A stretch of 64,000 nucleotides of DNA, taken from contig BROI01000007.1 of NCBI GenBank assembly GCA_027923505.1, forward strand, positions 186,001-250,000. The letters run 5' to 3'. This stretch comes from Mayamaea pseudoterrestris (taxonomy: Eukaryota). The notes beneath the pieces are model-generated. The model saw nothing but the letters and a program-made list of their open reading frames with translations. It ran no database searches and was not told where the DNA came from. The stretch's first letter is position 1; every line of letters starts with the position of its first letter. Both the position numbers and the translations under genes were made by a program. Positions 57,701-64,000 of the stretch are shown in pieces.

Positions 57701-60700
57701 CCACAAGTTGTCGATTCTGACCTGTCAAACGCCCCATGCCCTGGCCACCCAAATACCCAATGAGTCAGGCCAAACATGTCCAGGGTATGCCATTGACAGG
57801 TGCAGAGTCTCAAATGGTGCAAAAAGGACTGCCTGGAGGCTGACACCATGGGTACGGCCTCCACGGTGGGTATGGCCAACACCACAAGTTGTCGATTCTG
57901 ACCTGTCAAACGCCCATGCCCTGGCCACCCAAATACCCAATGAGTCAGGCCAAAACATGTCCAGGGTATGCCATTGACAGGTGCAGAGTCTCAAATGGTG
58001 CAAAAAGGACTGCCTGGAGGCTGACACCATGGGTACGGCCTCCACGGTGGGTATGGCCAACACCACAAGTTGTCGATTCTGACCTGTCAAACGCCCCATG
58101 CCCTGGCCACCCAAATACCCAATGAGTCAGGCCAAACATGTCCAGGGTATGCCATTGACAGGTGCAGAGTCTCAAATGGTGCAAGAAGGACTGCCGGGAG
58201 GCTGACACCATGGGTACGGCCTCCACGGTGGGTATGGCCAACACCACAAGTTGTCGATTCTTTACCTGTCAAACGCCCCATGCCCTGGCCACCCAAATAC
58301 CCAATGAGTCAGGCAAAACATGTCCAGGGTATGCCATTGACAGGTGCATAGTCTCAAATGGTGCAAAATGGACTGCCTGGAGGACACCATGGGTACGGCC
58401 TCCACGGTGGGTATGGCCAACACCACAAGTTGTCGATTCTGACCTGTCAAACGCCCCATGCCTTGGCCACCCAAATACCCAATGAGTCAGGCAAAACATG
58501 TCCAGGGTATGCCATTGACAGGTGCAGAGTCTCAAATGGTGCAAAAGGACTGCCTGGAGGCTGACACCATGGGTACGGCCTCCACGGTGGGTATGGCCAA
58601 CACCACAAGTTGTCGATTCTGACCTGTCAAACGCCCCATGCCCCGGCCACCCAAATACCCAATGAGTCAGGCAAAACATGTCCAGGGTATGCCATTGACA
58701 GGTGCAGAGTCTCAAATGGTGCAAAAAGGACTGCCTGGAGGCTGACACCATGGGTACGGCCTCCACGGTGGGTATGGCCAACACCACAAGTTGTCGATTC
58801 TGACCTGTCAAACGCCCCATGCCCTGGCCACCCAAATACCCAATGAGTCAGGCCAAACATGTCCAGGGTATGCCATTGACAGGTGCATAGTCTCAAATGG
58901 TGCAAAAAGGACTGCCTGAGGCTGACACCATGGGTACGGCCTCCACGGTGGGTATGGCCAACACCACAAGTTGTCGATTCTGCCCTGTCAAACGCCCCAT
59001 GCCCTGGCCACCCAAATACCCAATGAGTCAGGCCAAACATGTCCAGGGTATGCCATTGACAGGTGCATAGTCTCAAATGGTGCAAAAAGGACTGCCTTGA
59101 GGCTGACACCATGGGTACGGCCTCCACTGTGGGTATGGCCAACACCACAAGTTGCAGATTCTTTCCTGTCAAACGCCCCATGCCCTGGCCACCCAAATAC
59201 CCAATGAGTCAGGCAAAACATGTCCAGGGTATGCCATTGACAGGTGCAGAGTCTCAAATGGTGCAAAAAGACTGCCTGGAGGCTGACACCATGGGTACGG
59301 CCTCCACTGTGGGTATGGCCAACACCACAAGTTGCAGATTCTTCCCTGTCAAACGCCCCATGCCCTGGCCACCCAAATACCCAATGAGTCAGGCAAAACA
59401 TGTCCAGGGTATGCCATTGACAGGTGCAGAGTCTCAAATGGTGCAAAAAGGACTGCCTGGAGGCTGACACCATGGGTACGGCCCCCACTGTGGGTATGGC
59501 CAACACCACAAGTTGCAGATTCTTCCCTGTCAAACGCCCCATGCCCTGGCCACCCAAATACCCAATGAGTCAGGCAAAACATGTCCAGGGTATGCCATTG
59601 ACAGGTGCAGAGTCTCAAATGGTGCAAAAGGACTGCCTGGAGGCTGACACCATGGGTACGGCCTCCACTGTGGGTATGGCCAACACCACAAGTTGCAGAT
59701 TCTTTTCTGTCAAACGCCCCATGCCCTGGCCACCCAAATACCCAATGAGTCAGGCAAAACATGTCCAGGGTATGCCATTGACAGGTGCATAGTCTCAAAT
59801 GGTGCAAAAAGACTGCCTGGAGGCTGACACCATGGGTACGGCCTCCACTGTGGGTATGGCCAACACCACAAGTTGTAGATTCTGCCCTGTCAAACGCCCC
59901 ATGCCCTGGCCACCCAAATACCCAATGAGTCAGGCAAAACATGTCCAGGGTATGCCATTGACAGGTGCAGAGTCTCAAATGGTGCAAAAAAGGACTGCCT
60001 GGAGGCTGACACCATGGGTACGGCCTCCACTGTGGGTATGGCCAACACCACAAGTTGCAGATTCTTCCCTGTCAAACGCCCCATGCCCTGGCCACCCAAA
60101 TACCCAATGAGTCAGGCAAAACATGTCCAGGGTATGCCATTGACAGGTGCAGAGTCTCAAATGGTGCAAAGGACTGCCTGGAGGCTGACACCATGGGTAC
60201 GGCCTCCACAGTGGGTATGGCCAACACCACAAGTTGTAGATTCTTACCTGTCAAACGCCCCATGCCCTGGCCACCCAAATACCCAATGAGTCAGGCAAAA
60301 CATGTCCAGGGTATGCCATTGACAGGTGCAGAGTCTCAAATGGTGCAAAAAGGACTGCCTGGAGGCTGACACCATGGGTACGGCCTCCACTGTGGGTATG
60401 GCCAACACCACAAGTTGTCGATTCTGACCTGTCAAACGCCCCATGCCCTGGCCACCCAAATACCCAATGAGTCAGGCAAAACATGTCCAGGGTATGCCAT
60501 TGACAGGTGCAGAGTCTCAAATGGTGCAAAAAGGACTGCCTGGAGGCTGACACCATGGGTACGGCCTCCACGGTGGGTATGGGCAACACCACAAGTTGCA
60601 GACTCTTCCCTGTCAAACGCCCCATGCCCTGGCCACCCAAATACCCAATGAGTCAGGCAAAACATGTCCAGGGTATGCCATTGACAGGTGCAGAGTCTCA

Positions 60701-63700
60701 AATGGTGCAAAAAGGACTGCCTGGAGGCTGACACCATGGGTACGGCCTCCACTGTGGGTATGGCCAACACCACAAGTTGTCGATTCTTCCCTGTCAAACG
60801 CCCCATGCCCTGGCCACCCAAATACCCAATGAGTCAGGCAAAACATGTCCAGGGTATGCCATTGACAGGTGCAGAGTCTCAAATGGTGCAAAAAGGACTG
60901 CCTGGAGGCTGACACCATGGGTACGGCCTCCACGGTGGGTATGGTCAACACCACAAGTTGCAGATTCTTCCCTGTCAAACGCCCCATGCCCTGGCCACCC
61001 AAATACCCAATGAGTCAGGCAAAACATGTCCAGGGTATGCCATTGACAGGTGCATAGTCTCAAATGGTGCAAAAAGGACTGCCTGGAGGCTGACACCATG
61101 GGTACGGCCTCCACTGTGGGTATGCCAACACCACAAGTTGCAGATTCTTCCCTGTCAAACGCCCCATGCCCTGGCCACCCAAATACCCAATAAGTCAGGC
61201 CAAACATGTCCAGGGTATGCCATTGACAGGTGCATAGTCTCAAATGGTGCAAAAAGGACTGCCTGGAGGCTGACACCATGGGTACGGCCTCCACGGTGGG
61301 TATGGCCAACACCACAAGTTGTCGATTCTGACCTGTCAAACGCCCCATGCCCTGGCCACCCAAATACCCAATGAGTCAGGCCAAACATGTCCAGGGTATG
61401 CCATGGACAGGTGCAGAGTCTCAAATGGTGCAAAAAGGACTGCCTGGAGGCTGACACCATGGGTACGGCCTCCACTGTGGGTATGGCCAACACCACAAGT
61501 TGCAGATTCTTCCCTGTCAAACGCCCCATGCCCTGGCCACCCAAATACCCAATGAGTCAGGCCAAACATGTCCAGGGTATGCCATTGACAGGTGCAGAGT
61601 CTCAAATGGTGCAAAAAGGACTGCCTGGAGGCTGACACCATGGGTACGGCCTCCACGGTGGGTATGGCCAACACCACAAGTTGTCGATTCTGACCTGTCA
61701 AACGCCCCATGCCCTGGCCACCCAAATACCCGATGAGTCAGGCCAAACATGTCCAGGGTATGCCATTGACAGGTGCATAGTCTCAAATGGTGCAAAAAGG
61801 ACTGCCTGGAGGCTGACACCATGGGTACGGCCTCCACGGTGGGATGGCCAACACCACAAGTTGTCGATTCTGACCTGTCAAACGCCCCATGCCCTGGCCA
61901 CCCAAATACCCAATGAGTCAGGCCAAACATGTCCAGGGTATGCCATTGACAGGTGCAGAGTCTCAAATGGTGCAAAAAGGACTGCCTGGAGGCTGACACC
62001 ATGGGTACGGCCTCCACGGTGGGTATGGCCAACACCACAAGTTGTCGATTCTTACCTGTCAAACGCCCCATGCCCTGGCCACCCAAATACCCAATGAGTC
62101 AGGCAAAACATGTCCAGGGTATGCCATTGACAGGTGCATAGTCTCAAATGGTGCAAAAGGACTGCCTGGAGGCTGACACCATGGGTACGGCCTCCACGGT
62201 GGGTATGGCCAACACCACAAGTTGTCGATTCTGACCTGTCAAACGCCCCATGCCCTGGCCACCCAAATACCCAATGAGTCAAGATGTCCAGGGTATGCCA
62301 TTGACAGGTGCAGAGTCTCAAATGGTGCAAAATGGACTGCCTGGAGGCTGACACCATGGGTACGGCCTCCACGGTGGGTATGGCCAACACCACAAGTTGT
62401 CGATTCTGACCTGTCAAACGCCCCATGCCCTGGCCACCCAAATACCCAATGAGTCAGGCCAAACATGTCCAGGGTATGCCATTGACAGGTGCATAGTCTC
62501 AAATGGTGCAAAAGGACTGCCTGGAGGCTGACACCATGGGTACGGCCTCCACGGTGGGTATGGCCAACACCACAAGTTGTCGATTCTGACCTGTCAAACG
62601 CCCCATGCCCTGGCCACCCAAATACCCAATGAGTCAGGCCAAACATGTCCAGGGTATGCCATTGACAGGTGCAGAGTCTCAAATGGTGCAAAAAGGACTG
62701 CCTGGAGGCTGACACCATGGGTACGGCCTCCACGGTGGGTATGGCCAACACCACAAGTTGTCGATTCTGACCTGTCAAACGCCCCATGCCCTGGCCACCC
62801 AAATACCCAATGAGTCAGGCCAAACATGTCCAGGGTATGCCATTGACAGGTGCATAGTCTCAAATGGTGCAAAAAGGACTGCCTGGAGGCTGACACCATG
62901 GGTACGGCCTCCACGGTGGGTATGGCCAACACCACAAGTTGTCGATTCTGACCTGTCAAACGCCCCATGCCCTGGCCACCCAAATACCCAATGAGTCAGG
63001 CAAAACATGTCCAGGGTATGCCATTGACAGGTGCAGAGTCTCAAATGGTGCAAAAAGGACTGCCTGGAGGCTGACACCATGGGTACGGCCTCCACGGTGG
63101 GTATGGCCAACACCACAAGTTGTCGATTCTGACCTGTCAAACGCCCCATGCCCTGGCCACCCAAATACCCAATGAGTCAGGCCAAACATGTCCAGGGTAT
63201 GCCATTGACAGGTGCAGAGTCTCAAATGGTGCAAAAAGGACTGCCTGAAGGCTGACACCATGGGTACGGCCTCCACGGTGGGTATGGCCAACACCACAAG
63301 TTGTCGATTCTGACCTGTCAAACGCCCCATGCCCTGGCCACCCAAATACCCAATGAGTCAGGCAAAACATGTCCAGGGTATGCCATTGACAGGTGCAGAG
63401 TCTCAAATGGTGCAAAAGGACTGCCTGGAGGCTGACACCATGGGTACGGCCTCCACGGTGGGTATGGCCAACACCACAAGTTGTCGATTCTGACCTGTCA
63501 AACGCCCCATGCCCTGGCCACCCAAATACCCAATGAGTCAGGCCAAACATGTCCAGGGTATGCCATTGACAGGTGCAGAGTCTCAAATGGTGCAAAAGGA
63601 CTGCCTGGAGGCTGACACCATGGGTACGGCCTCCACTGTGGGTATGGCCAACACCACAAGTTGCCGATTCTTACCTGTCAAACGCCCCATGCCCTGGCCA

Positions 63701-64000
63701 CCCAAATACCCAATGAGTCAGGCAAAACATGTCCAGGGTATGCCATTGACAGGTGCATAGTCTCAAATGGTGCAAAAAGGACTGCCTGGAGGCTGACACC
63801 ATGGGTACGGCCTCCACGGTGGGTATGGCCAACACCACAAGTTGTCGATTCTTACCTGTCAAACGCCCCATGCCCTGGCCACCCAAATACCCAATGAGTC
63901 AGGCCAAACATGTCCAGGGTATGCCATTGACAGGTGCATAGTCTCAAATGGTGCAAAAAGGACTGCCTGGAGGCTGACACCATGGGTACGGCCTCCACGG
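45795..64000 (+). repeat. 181-bp tandem satellite array, ~100 monomers, extends beyond the window
   Basis: Monomer AATGAGTCAGGC(A/C)AAACATGTCCAGGGTATGCCATTGACAGGTGCA(G/T)AGTCTCAAATGGTGCAAAAAGGACTGCCTGGAGGCTGACACCATGGGTACGGCCTCCAC...ACCACAAGTTG...CCTGTCAAACGCCCCATGCCCTGGCCACCCAAATACCC. Period of 181 is seen in ORF spacing (e.g. 53981, 54162, 54343, 54524). Confidence 0.98.

Noticed and set aside
45737..63941. Many ORFs on both strands of the 181-bp array (up to 309 aa)
   Set aside because: Repeat-derived; longer ones arise from single-base indels joining frames.
11296..64000. CRISPR-like interpretation of the palindrome-containing repeats
   Set aside because: No unique spacers (whole monomers repeat), no cas genes, and the context is eukaryotic.

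Overview
Eukaryotic nuclear DNA, most likely a diatom: compact genes, 76-112 bp GT-AG introns, several N-termini with signal peptide + 'A-F' bipartite plastid-targeting motifs, and a CoDi-type Ty1/copia element. Three gene-dense islands hold TRAPPC8, a ChaC-RCC1 fusion, a 2OG-Fe(II) oxygenase, Derlin, a hypothetical gene, a DUF3593/Ycf49 fusion, CSN4, a PH-like protein, a START-like protein and UTP20. They are interleaved with repeat blocks: a ~9 kb array of a 169-bp satellite (11.3-20.3 kb), an >18 kb array of a 181-bp satellite running off the window end (45.8-64 kb), a small outlier of the 181-bp satellite (10.6-11.3 kb), and several decayed, CpG-poor repeats. The most interesting system is a young, intact copia retrotransposon (25818-32401). 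It has a chromodomain-like module after its integrase, non-canonical TTG...CAA ends with a 4-bp TSD, and no TGG-type primer-binding site. Both of its copies in the window sit in or against repeats, one joined directly to the 181-bp satellite. This suggests a heterochromatin/satellite-targeting copia at a possible satellite-based (peri)centromere. Sequence at ~43.5-45.3 kb and ~50.5-52.8 kb is indel-rich and probably low-quality consensus. All family calls come from motif recognition by eye; no searches were run.
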